A stretch of DNA of 32,000 bases, taken from Candidatus Heimdallarchaeota archaeon (lineage in GTDB: Archaea > Asgardarchaeota > Heimdallarchaeia > Heimdallarchaeales > Heimdallarchaeaceae). Positions within the stretch are counted from its first letter, which is position 1. Each line of letters begins with the position of its first letter. The translations under genes were made by a program, and so were the position numbers. Where the stretch lies: the NCBI GenBank assembly GCA_030668875.1, contig DAOVER010000020.1, forward strand, positions 1 to 32,000, written 5' to 3'. Positions 21,949 to 30,458 of this stretch are shown one piece after another. The notes beneath the pieces were generated by a model. It was not told the DNA's origin. It saw only the letters and a program-made list of their open reading frames with translations, and ran no database searches.

Positions 21949-23056
21949 ATAATTTCACCATCTTACTATATTCTCTTAGTGTTTCAATCTCAGACACTCT
22001 TCTTAGGTCTTCAAAAATTGTTGTTGGATTAAGTCCCAAACTATGTAGATTCCTTCCTTTTTCTCTAAAATCAACTTTCAACTCTTTTGATGCGACATTT
22101 ATCAACATGTCTATTTTCTTTGTTTCAACACCAACAGCTTTACCAAGCTCAGAAAAAGGAACAAGACCAGTAGGAATGTCTTCTGTTAAATACCTCATAT
22201 TGAGGGTTGTTGGAGCATCTAATCCTCTATAAAACGGATTGTTGTGTAAAGCATCATAAAGATTATCCTCTTGAAGACTATATCTCTCACATAACCATTC
22301 TCTTAATGAATAAACCTCTACACCAAATTTCCTTGCGATGTTTCTTCTTTCATCGTCAACTTGTTCCATTAACTCAACTACTTCTCTAGTAGCTCCTTCT
22401 CTATAGAAGTCAAATGATTCCTGCTTTTTTATTTTCTCCTTATTTAACAAAGCAATTGTTGGATGAAAAACCGCTCCAATGTTACCTAAACTGGTTATCA
22501 AAAAATTGTCTACAGCATAAAACTGTGGAAAATTCTCATTTAACATTGAAACTACATGGGATGTACGATGATAAGGCAAAACTGATACAGAAATAGAAGT
22601 TTTGATTCCTTTTATATCGCTTAAACCAGGATTTTTTATTCTTGTAGCATAAATCAAAGTATTAGCTTCTGCTACATTTATGTCTGAGTCTAGACCATTA
22701 GCTAATAAAGTATTCATAAATTCTAGACTACCAAAAGTCCTTCCTGGATTTAAGACAATTGTTTGACCTTCTTTAAGATGAGGTGCTAATAACTTAGCAA
22801 CATCATCATGTCCTGTAGCTGTAGTAACAACCATAATTAGTTTAGTTCCAGCTATAGCTTCATTGATATCAGTTGTTACGTGATGTAACTTTCCTTTTAC
22901 TTGTATTTCTCCTTGCAATTCAATGGTCATTTGATCCATTAAAGGAAGAACTCTTTCTGGAGATCTGTTAAATAAGTTTACCTTATTACCTTTACTTGCA
23001 AGAAAGCCTGCAATTGCTTGACCTCCACACCCTGCACCAATAACTGCTATATTCAC
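21917..23056 (-). CDS. NAD/NADP-dependent opine (octopine/nopaline) dehydrogenase family protein
   Basis: GTG start with a GGGTGA SD. Motifs IAVIGAGCGG, LNPGRTFG, N.GAVFHP and RYLTEDIPTGLVP. Its 3' end overlaps the downstream gene by 32 nt. Confidence 0.88.
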   Translation of the reverse strand: MNIAVIGAGCGGQAIAGFLASKGNKVNLFNRSPERVLPLMDQMTIELQGEIQVKGKLHHVTTDINEAIAGTKLIMVVTTATGHDDVAKLLAPHLKEGQTIVLNPGRTFGSLEFMNTLLANGLDSDINVAEANTLIYATRIKNPGLSDIKGIKTSISVSVLPYHRTSHVVSMLNENFPQFYAVDNFLITSLGNIGAVFHPTIALLNKEKIKKQESFDFYREGATREVVELMEQVDDERRNIARKFGVEVYSLREWLCERYSLQEDNLYDALHNNPFYRGLDAPTTLNMRYLTEDIPTGLVPFSELGKAVGVETKKIDMLINVASKELKVDFREKGRNLHSLGLNPTTIFEDLRRVSEIETLREYSKMVKLFEKNTWSLHW

Positions 23057-23060
23057 TTAA

Positions 23061-23132
23061 TCACCCTACTTAGATAAATTAAGTGGGGTGAATTACGACT
23101 GTTTTTCGTCGTAAAAGGGCTTATATTCCCTT
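23061..23132. promoter_or_regulatory. Three contiguous inverted repeats in the leader of the opine dehydrogenase operon; the first contains the SD
   Basis: TCACCCTACTTA-N7-TAAGTGGGGTGA (23061-23091), TTACGAC-N8-GTCGTAA (23093-23114) and AAGGG-N8-CCCTT (23115-23132). Confidence 0.6.
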
Positions 23133-23417
23133 CTAACTCATTTAGAGAATGAAGTAGCATGTTTTTACTCATCTTCCTCAATATCTGTTTACTTTTCTGG
23201 CTTGTTAAAACTTTCTCAACGCTTTATATACTGCATAATTTTAGTTTCTTTTTCACTGTTCTATGGAGTAATGGAGGCTCTACGTGCAATATTGGTTGTT
23301 TTTTTGTCTCTTTTTTTGATGTTTTTCAAGAACAATTGACCAGTTCTCTTCCAAAAAAAAGAGATTTCAATATATAAAACCAAAAAACACACTAAAATTA
23401 GAATAAACCCATAACTA

Positions 23418-24638
23418 CTATTTAATTGTTATAATGCTTTCATCAAAAACTGTTTTTTCAGCCCCTAACATCTGTTTCCACCTTTCTAATAAATCATAAA
23501 GTGCCTTATTTGATGAAGAATCAAATTCAAAACTCTCTTCTTTTTGAAAGTTAAAATAGCTTATTATCTTCTTTTTCTTATCAAATTTAGCTTCTAGTCT
23601 ACCAGTTAATTGATTTTGATAGAGAAGTGGATAAACATAGTAACCCCATTTCCTATCCTTAGGGATTTTATATACTTCCCATGTATAATTAAAACCAAAA
23701 ACATGATGAAGTAATTCCCTGTTCCAGATGAGAGGATCTAAAGGAGCAATAGCTCTCATCTCATTATCTATTTCGCTCTCCAACATTTCTTTCCAGTTTG
23801 CAGGAACAGCTATGCCTTTTTGACTATCCTCTAAAGATACAATTCTTGGAGCTGTTTCATCATCTTTCAGAAACCAATCTGTAGAGACGTTTTTTCGTTT
23901 TCCTATTGATAGTTTATTGCTTTTTGTTAGTTGAACCTTACCTAAATCAACTAAAGGATAAGATTTTTGTTTTGCAAGGAATTTGTGATAACTGATTTCA
24001 TCATCTGTTAGTTGAATTTCACTTCTAGTCGTTTCATCAAAATAATTCTCGGTAAGTCCATAGATTTTTCTCCAGTTACTATCTCTCTCAACGATAACAG
24101 CTCTTCCTAGCAGCCACAGCATTTCTAAAGACATCCCAGCTAAATTACTAGTTTTCCAGAAAGTGAATTCTGGCTTTACACTTGCCATTTCACCCAAGTC
24201 TGCGGATTTACAAGGACCGTTTGTTAGAATGAATTCTCTTGCTTCATTCAGTATTCCTTCATGTAGTTCCTCCATTTTTTCTAATCGAGATTGATAATAT
24301 TTTTGCATGAATTCCTTTTTCATTTGAGGTAAAAAAAGAGAAAAGTACTCTTTAGTGACTGCCATAAGATTAGGAAAATAAGTTTCGAAAACATCTTTGC
24401 AAGGATAAACAATTTTCTGAAAGTCATCAATTTGATAATCTTTAATTCTTGAAGAGAAAAAGATGTCATGATTACGACCAGCAGGATTTAGAGGATCAAG
24501 CTGAACCATTGCTTGCTGTTTAAAAACATCTAGAATATCCTGTTTGTTCTTACCTTGCCATTGATGAAGATGTGTACCTACGATAGCAAGTTTCCTTAAA
24601 TCGTCCTTAGAAATTTCATTAATTAGATTGTCAGTCAT
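23418..24638 (-). CDS. ycaQ: YcaQ/AlkZ-family (HTH_42) interstrand-crosslink repair DNA glycosylase
   Basis: VQLDP (QxD catalytic motif), PLDPLIWNR, WEVYKI..DRKWGYYVYPLL and GRLEAK. Confidence 0.85.
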   Translation of the reverse strand: MTDNLINEISKDDLRKLAIVGTHLHQWQGKNKQDILDVFKQQAMVQLDPLNPAGRNHDIFFSSRIKDYQIDDFQKIVYPCKDVFETYFPNLMAVTKEYFSLFLPQMKKEFMQKYYQSRLEKMEELHEGILNEAREFILTNGPCKSADLGEMASVKPEFTFWKTSNLAGMSLEMLWLLGRAVIVERDSNWRKIYGLTENYFDETTRSEIQLTDDEISYHKFLAKQKSYPLVDLGKVQLTKSNKLSIGKRKNVSTDWFLKDDETAPRIVSLEDSQKGIAVPANWKEMLESEIDNEMRAIAPLDPLIWNRELLHHVFGFNYTWEVYKIPKDRKWGYYVYPLLYQNQLTGRLEAKFDKKKKIISYFNFQKEESFEFDSSSNKALYDLLERWKQMLGAEKTVFDESIITIK

Positions 24639-24703
24639 TTGTAAGCAACAAACCTTGTGCGAATATTCTATTTTTAACTGTTATATTAAATTTTTTTTAA
24701 CTA

Positions 24704-24730
24704 TAAAAATAAGAAAAGAGAAAAAAAGAA
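24704..24730 (-). terminator. Oligo-T (archaeal-type) terminator after pmbA
   Basis: The minus strand reads TTCTTTTTTTCTCTTTTCTTATTTTTA directly after the stop at 24734. Confidence 0.5.
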
Positions 24731-24733
24731 GAT

Positions 24734-26119
24734 TTATTGTGTAGCTATGTTGACACCTTTAACTTTAATCAGAGGGGTTCTAAGATATCCGTTGACTAGC
24801 TGGACATCTTTTCCAATTCCAATGATATTCATTAGAGTTTCGAAGACATTTCCACCAATTGTCACATTTGTAACAGGAGTAGTTATCTCACCGTTCTTGA
24901 TGAGTTGAGCTCCTTTTGCTACACCACTGTAGATACCGTTTTCAGTTTGGAATGAACCAGAGAAGCGATCAAAGATTATGCCTTCTTTAACATCTTCAAT
25001 TAACTCTTCAGTACTCATATCACCAGGTTTGATGGAAGGAGCATTTGGAAAGATCATAGAAGGCGGACTTACATATCTTGTTCCTCCAAAACTTCTCCAG
25101 CAGTTACCTGTAGAAACTGCTCCAACTCTACTAGCTCTGAGCTCATCAAATAGAAAGTTTTCAAGTATACCATCCTTGATCATTGAATTAGCTGAAGTTG
25201 GTGTTCCTTCGTCATCAAAAGATCTAACATTTCCTCCTCCTTGAATATTAAGTGGATTATCTTCAATGCTTAAGGAATCTACAGCTACAGTATCTGCGAG
25301 TTTGTCTTTCCACATTGATCTGTTTTGTTGGACATTATCTGCACTTACTGAGCTTCCAACTACAATCATTAATGGGTTGAAAATCGCTCCTTCTTGGAAA
25401 ATGACTGTGTTTGAATCAATGGACTTTGGAACAATTGGGTCAATATTTCGTACTGCTTTCTTAATCAGTATGTCTGTAAATTCACTATAATCAATTGTTT
25501 TAGGATCTCTAGTAAAGAATGTTTCATAAACAAAAGAGCCAATTTTATCTCCATCTCTAGCTGCACAGAAGAAAACCCCTGAATAAGAATTAGATTTCTC
25601 GAAAGCATCAATACCGAGACTGTTAACAATACCTTGCCAATCCTCATCGACTCTAATATTGCTGAGATTGAGATTTATATCAACAGAAGCTTGTTTGATT
25701 GGCTCCAAAACTAGTTTAACGCTAGCTACTATCTCTTCTGTTCCCAAATTAGCTATCTCATTAGAATACAACCCTTCAATTACAGAATATTTGCTGGTTG
25801 ATGGAAATCTAATTCCTTCTTTCTTCGGTGCTATCTTAGCGATCCCTATAGCGTCGTCAACGCATTTAGTTAGAGAATCAAGTTCAATCTTATTAGTATA
25901 TGAGAAGCCTTCTGTTTGGTTCTTAAGCACTCTAATACCAAAACCTAATTCATCAACATCTCGTTCATTAGCTATAGATTTACCTTCAGCCATAATCTCG
26001 AGTTTTCTCATCTTGTGAAAGAAAACTTCAGAAGCATCAATATCTTTTGACATAGCATAATCATTAGTTTTATGAGCTAAGTCTAGAAGAAATTCTTTTG
26101 TAAGTTCTTGTTGAGTCAT
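24734..26119 (-). CDS. pmbA: PmbA/TldE family metalloprotease subunit
   Basis: Motifs FDDEGTPT, STGN, SGSFQTENG.YSG and GQLIKNGE-like segment. ATG 26119 has a GGAGG SD and lies 1 nt after the tldD stop, so the 26212 start in the track is an over-extension. Confidence 0.9.
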   Translation of the reverse strand: MTQQELTKEFLLDLAHKTNDYAMSKDIDASEVFFHKMRKLEIMAEGKSIANERDVDELGFGIRVLKNQTEGFSYTNKIELDSLTKCVDDAIGIAKIAPKKEGIRFPSTSKYSVIEGLYSNEIANLGTEEIVASVKLVLEPIKQASVDINLNLSNIRVDEDWQGIVNSLGIDAFEKSNSYSGVFFCAARDGDKIGSFVYETFFTRDPKTIDYSEFTDILIKKAVRNIDPIVPKSIDSNTVIFQEGAIFNPLMIVVGSSVSADNVQQNRSMWKDKLADTVAVDSLSIEDNPLNIQGGGNVRSFDDEGTPTSANSMIKDGILENFLFDELRASRVGAVSTGNCWRSFGGTRYVSPPSMIFPNAPSIKPGDMSTEELIEDVKEGIIFDRFSGSFQTENGIYSGVAKGAQLIKNGEITTPVTNVTIGGNVFETLMNIIGIGKDVQLVNGYLRTPLIKVKGVNIATQ

Positions 26120-26120
26120 T

Positions 26121-27527
26121 TTATTTTCCTCCTGCAAGCATCGCTTGTAAAGCAATATAAGGCCCACCAGCATCAACTTTAGCAGGTTGTTCTTTACCAC
26201 AGAAGCCAGCACCTAGATTAATTTCAAAATCTTTTCCAACACCAAGGATGTTGCTTAGAACTTCAAATGCATTTCCAGTAACAACAGGGTTTTGGAATAA
26301 TTCGTCTGTTAACTCACCGTCTTTTATAGTATAACCTTCTACAGCACCAAACATGAACTCACCGGAGCTGTCAGCTTGACCATTTTGAAGTGTTCCTAGA
26401 AGATATCCATCTCCAACAGATTCGTAAAGCTCATCCATACTTAGTTCTCCAGCTTCAATGTAGGTGTTTCTCATTCGAACTATTGGTTCATCACTGAATA
26501 AATAAGCTCGAGCATTACCAGTTGGTTCAATATCCAGTTCTGTTGCATAGGCACGGTTAGTCATATAACCTGTCATGATACCGTCTTTGATGATTTCAAC
26601 CCTAACCCCCTTAACTCCTTCATCATCATAAGGCAACCAACCTGCACCCATCCAATTTGATCCTTTTTCAAAAGGTGTATCTGTAAGAGAAATTTGTTCT
26701 GAGCATACTTTTTGTCCTATTTTTCCTTTTGTAAAGGAGCCCATTTGAACAAGATCAGCTTCAGCTGTATGCCCTACTGCTTCATGGGCTAAAACTCCGA
26801 CGAGCATAGGGTCAAGAAGAACATTAGCTAATCCACTGGGAATTAGCGGAGCATGTATAAGTTTGACAGCTTTTTCTAAGGCACCTCTAACAAGTTGATC
26901 AACAGGATGCAAGTCAAAGAATTCAGCTCCACAAGTGTGAGACCATGAAGTGTAACCTGAACCCATTTTACCTTGTTCAATAGCAACTGCATAAGCCATC
27001 ATGGTTGGTTTCATGTCTTCCCAACTCAACCTAGTTCCTTCGTTTGTTACAACAATTCGATGATCAACTACCTCATTAAAATTGATAGTCAAACTTTTAA
27101 CTAAACTGAAATCTTCTTGTTGTTTAGCAGCATCGATAATCATTTTGAGCTTTTCTTCTACAGAAAGATCTAACAGGTGTTTCTTTCTTGGGGATTGCAA
27201 TTTTTCTTTTACTATTTCTACGTCTGCAAGCTTAATCCTTTTCTCTTTATGTGACGAAGAAGTTTTTGAAAGAGAAACAGCTTTTACTACGGTTTCTAGT
27301 ATCTGCTCTTTACTCGTGAAGTTAGTTGATGCTAAACCCCAACTACCATCAGTGAGAGCTCTAACGCAAACACCCTGACGAGAACCAGTAGTACTATTTA
27401 AGTCACCGTTTTTATATTGAAAATTCGCCAGATACTTATCTTGATAACGAAGTTCAACATAATCAGCTCCGCTTTTCTCCCCCGCTTCTAAACCTTTTAT
27501 TAATAAATCTTTATCAAATGAATTCAT
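26121..27527 (-). CDS. tldD: TldD family metalloprotease catalytic subunit
   Basis: HEAVGH (HExxGH), YDDEG, RMRNTY and GFCGK. GGTGA SD at 27533-27537. Confidence 0.93.
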   Translation of the reverse strand: MNSFDKDLLIKGLEAGEKSGADYVELRYQDKYLANFQYKNGDLNSTTGSRQGVCVRALTDGSWGLASTNFTSKEQILETVVKAVSLSKTSSSHKEKRIKLADVEIVKEKLQSPRKKHLLDLSVEEKLKMIIDAAKQQEDFSLVKSLTINFNEVVDHRIVVTNEGTRLSWEDMKPTMMAYAVAIEQGKMGSGYTSWSHTCGAEFFDLHPVDQLVRGALEKAVKLIHAPLIPSGLANVLLDPMLVGVLAHEAVGHTAEADLVQMGSFTKGKIGQKVCSEQISLTDTPFEKGSNWMGAGWLPYDDEGVKGVRVEIIKDGIMTGYMTNRAYATELDIEPTGNARAYLFSDEPIVRMRNTYIEAGELSMDELYESVGDGYLLGTLQNGQADSSGEFMFGAVEGYTIKDGELTDELFQNPVVTGNAFEVLSNILGVGKDFEINLGAGFCGKEQPAKVDAGGPYIALQAMLAGGK

Positions 27528-27663
27528 TCATTCACCACATTTCTTACTGATTGGTTACTACTATTTAATATATTGGAAAAAAGTGACCATGTTCTTTCTC
27601 CAAATAAAATAATGATTGTACTAAAAAAATGATGATTTTATTCTTTTCTAAAATAACTTGAAG

Positions 27664-29670
27664 TTAAATAAATAACATTCCAACATGTGCAATAATTGAA
27701 GCTAGTACAATGCCATAAATTAATGTACCTAGAAATATAAGTATAACCTCTTTGATTTTATATTCTTTTAACATCATACCTAGCGCGATTATACATGGTA
27801 CTCCTGTGCAAGCTAAAATTCCAAAAGTAACTAATTTGAGGTTTGTCAAAGCTTGAACACCAGTTTGTCCTAATACAGTTAATAACATTGCACTAGTGAG
27901 ATCTTTTTGAATAAAACCAAATAATAATGGCACAATAAATTCTCCTTCAAGGTTGAATAAGAATCCCATTATATTGTCAAAAGGTTTGATAAAGAAACTT
28001 GTTACTCCTAATTGCTCAAGAATGGAAAATAATATCCCACCTATTACTAGCATGGGAATGACCACTTTAACAAAGTCTTTCATTCGTAACCAACTTTTTG
28101 CGAATACATTTTTCAGCATTGGTTTTCTATATGGTGGTAATTCTATTAATAGTGGTTCTGTATCTTCTCTTATTATATGCTTCAACACTACTGCCCACAA
28201 TAGCAAAGAGATAATTTCAACAGCAAAAACTAATAATGCTAACCAGAAGGAACCGTAAAATCCTACTATTCCTAAAATAATTCCTATTCTAGATGAACAT
28301 GGTATAAATGAGAATAGAAATGCTGTTTTAAGTCTGTCTTTTCTACGATTTATTATCCTTGTTGATGAATGAGCAGGAACTGTACATCCTAAACCCAACA
28401 TTATTGATATAAATGATTTAGATGGAAGACCAATGGAATCAAAGAATCGTTGAATTATCACTACAAATCTTGGTAACAATCCAACATCTTCTGTGAATCC
28501 GAGTATTAAGTAGAATATTAGAACATATGGAAGAGCAATTGCAACACCTGCAAAAAGCCCTGCTATGCCATCTCTAAATAAATTCAAGAAGGAAAAACTT
28601 CCTACTTGCCAGTAATTTTCTGGAATTAAATTGATAAACCAATTTCCTATCCATAAAAATAATTCTTGTATTGCTTGTCCAGCAAATATTAGTATTGAGA
28701 ACAAACAAACAAAAAAAATAATTGTGAGAATAGGTCCCCCTATTTTATGTAGAAGGAATTTGTCAGCAAATGAGACTTCATTTATTCTTGTTTTCTTAAG
28801 GGGTGTAATATGAGTTGTTTGCTCCGTGATAAATGAAGCAGTTCCATAACGTATTTTTGAAATATCTTCCTTAATGTTTTGATGTTTGTCAGAGATTTCT
28901 TCTTTCCTCTCCTCTAACTCGTTCTTTACATGGTCATTTATTTGTCCAGTAAAATCATCATCCTCTTCTAGTATTCTTAAGGCAACAAATCTAGTCGGTA
29001 ACTTGTCCTTAACATTTCTTTCAATAAAGGAAATAAGTTCTTCAATATGATCATCATATTCTGTGCAATAATTTTCAATGTTCGGATTACAAGCTTTTTC
29101 ACTAGCTGTTATAATTAAATTGTCAATATTTCCAGTTATTGGATTGAACGGAACTACTTCCACTTCAAGTACTTGTGAGAGTTTTTTTGTATTTACGCTT
29201 ATACCCTTCTTATACGCTTCTTCAAAGAAATTTAATCCAATTATGATATTTTTTCCCGCTTCCATTACTTGCAAAGCAAAATATAAACTCCTTTCAAGTG
29301 CCGCTGCATTTGCAATTAAGATTACAACATCGCTTTTTTCTGTTAAAATAGCTTTCTTAGTTATAGTCTCCTCTACACTTCTATCAGAAATAGAATAAAT
29401 TCCTGGTGTATCTTTAAAGATGTATTTTACCTCTTTTATAGTATTATCTTTTTTGTTAAAAATAGTAAAAATCTTTTCTGCGGAAGTAATTTCAACTGAA
29501 GTTCCTGGGAAATTTGAAACTTCTATTTTTGTTCCAACAAAGGCGTTTAATAGCGAACTTTTCCCTACGTTTGGTTGACCAAGTAAGAAAACGATTATCT
29601 CATCTTTCAAATTATCTGTACAAACAGAAAAATCATAATCCATTTTCTTTACTTTTTTGTTTTTTCTCAT
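27664..29670 (-). CDS. feoB: Ferrous iron transporter FeoB
   Basis: G1 GQPNVGKS, G2 NFPGTSVE, G3 DTPG, followed by a multi-TM domain with GLGCTVP and PCSSR. ATGA overlap with the upstream gene. Confidence 0.93.
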   Translation of the reverse strand: MRKNKKVKKMDYDFSVCTDNLKDEIIVFLLGQPNVGKSSLLNAFVGTKIEVSNFPGTSVEITSAEKIFTIFNKKDNTIKEVKYIFKDTPGIYSISDRSVEETITKKAILTEKSDVVILIANAAALERSLYFALQVMEAGKNIIIGLNFFEEAYKKGISVNTKKLSQVLEVEVVPFNPITGNIDNLIITASEKACNPNIENYCTEYDDHIEELISFIERNVKDKLPTRFVALRILEEDDDFTGQINDHVKNELEERKEEISDKHQNIKEDISKIRYGTASFITEQTTHITPLKKTRINEVSFADKFLLHKIGGPILTIIFFVCLFSILIFAGQAIQELFLWIGNWFINLIPENYWQVGSFSFLNLFRDGIAGLFAGVAIALPYVLIFYLILGFTEDVGLLPRFVVIIQRFFDSIGLPSKSFISIMLGLGCTVPAHSSTRIINRRKDRLKTAFLFSFIPCSSRIGIILGIVGFYGSFWLALLVFAVEIISLLLWAVVLKHIIREDTEPLLIELPPYRKPMLKNVFAKSWLRMKDFVKVVIPMLVIGGILFSILEQLGVTSFFIKPFDNIMGFLFNLEGEFIVPLLFGFIQKDLTSAMLLTVLGQTGVQALTNLKLVTFGILACTGVPCIIALGMMLKEYKIKEVILIFLGTLIYGIVLASIIAHVGMLFI

Positions 29671-30299
29671 ATCATTGCCACCATTATGCCCTTACAAAGA
29701 CTTTTATCGATTGCAAGATGAGTATGTCTCGATTTTACTATAAAACAATCACTTATTTTCGTTATAATCTTAAGACGTTGACCAGGACATAACCCCATAC
29801 TAATAATTCTTTCTAACATCCTTTTATCAGTGAAATTTAGTCCAGTAATGATTCCTTCATCTGAAGTGTATTGTGTTAACGGTTCTCCTGAATCCTCAAA
29901 TTCCATTATCCTTTTCAAATTTTTTTCTACTTCAAAAGAGATAAGGTGTTCAAGAATATGTGCATATCGATGAGCTGTCACGTTATCTAAATCTTTCAAA
30001 AAATAGTTTTCAATTATTTGATGAAAAGAAAGAATAGTATTTGCTTCTTCAAATCCTTTTTCTGTCATGTAGATTAGATCTTTTTCAAGTTTTACATAAC
30101 CTGATTCCGATAATTCCTGTAATCCTTCAGTAAAAAACTCATCAAGATCTGTACCAATATATTCTACGACTATAGGTTCCCTAGCTAAATTACGAATTTC
30201 TTCAAAAGAACCTTTATTGTCAAGTTTTTCTTCTTTCAAGACACGTAAAATATTTTCTTTTACCATTTTGACCCTTTTTTGCCTTGAACTAAATGCCAT
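29667..30299 (-). CDS. DtxR/MntR-family protein with a metal-binding dimerisation domain and C-terminal FeoA (SH3-like) domain
   Basis: Motifs T..G...A......HQIIE.Y, AHILEH.IS and LERIISMGLCPG. A GAGGA SD at 30305-30309 favours ATG 30299 over 30332. Confidence 0.8.
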   Translation of the reverse strand: MAFSSRQKRVKMVKENILRVLKEEKLDNKGSFEEIRNLAREPIVVEYIGTDLDEFFTEGLQELSESGYVKLEKDLIYMTEKGFEEANTILSFHQIIENYFLKDLDNVTAHRYAHILEHLISFEVEKNLKRIMEFEDSGEPLTQYTSDEGIITGLNFTDKRMLERIISMGLCPGQRLKIITKISDCFIVKSRHTHLAIDKSLCKGIMVAMI

Positions 30300-30333
30300 C
30301 TTTATCCTCATCGAATAGTATCGTGTGAGCATT

Positions 30334-30359
30334 TAAAGTTTCGGGTAACCGAAACTTTA
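30334..30359. promoter_or_regulatory. Palindromic operator, DtxR-family-like, upstream of the dtxR-feoA/feoB operon
   Basis: TAAAGTTTCGG-GTAA-CCGAAACTTTA has perfect 11-bp arms and overlaps TATA-like TTATAAAG and TTTAAA elements on the minus strand. Confidence 0.75.
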
Positions 30360-30421
30360 TAATCTGCTCGATATCACAAATAATTTTTTAAATCTTTCAT
30401 TTTTCATTTGTTTATTTTTAT

Positions 30422-30446
30422 AAAAGCTTAATGTATGAAGATATCT
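30422..30446 (-). repeat. Copy 1 of a ~25-bp direct repeat flanking nreA
   Basis: AAAAGCTTAATGTATGAAGATATCT. The 16-nt core ATGTATGAAGATATCT is identical to 31747-31762. Confidence 0.7.
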
Positions 30447-30458
30447 TTGACCTTAATA

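Noticed and set aside
23159-23377. 72-aa plus-strand ORF in the ORF track
   Set aside because: It is Phe/Leu-rich as expected from T-rich non-coding DNA, has no SD and no recognisable motif.
23057-23417. Canonical cobalamin riboswitch upstream of the B12-protein operon
   Set aside because: I could not find the conserved B12-box or core motifs in this very AT-rich leader. Only the three hairpins are supported.
24734-27527. TldD/PmbA as part of a RiPP cluster
   Set aside because: No precursor peptide, YcaO or other RiPP enzyme is nearby, and the pair is widespread in archaea.
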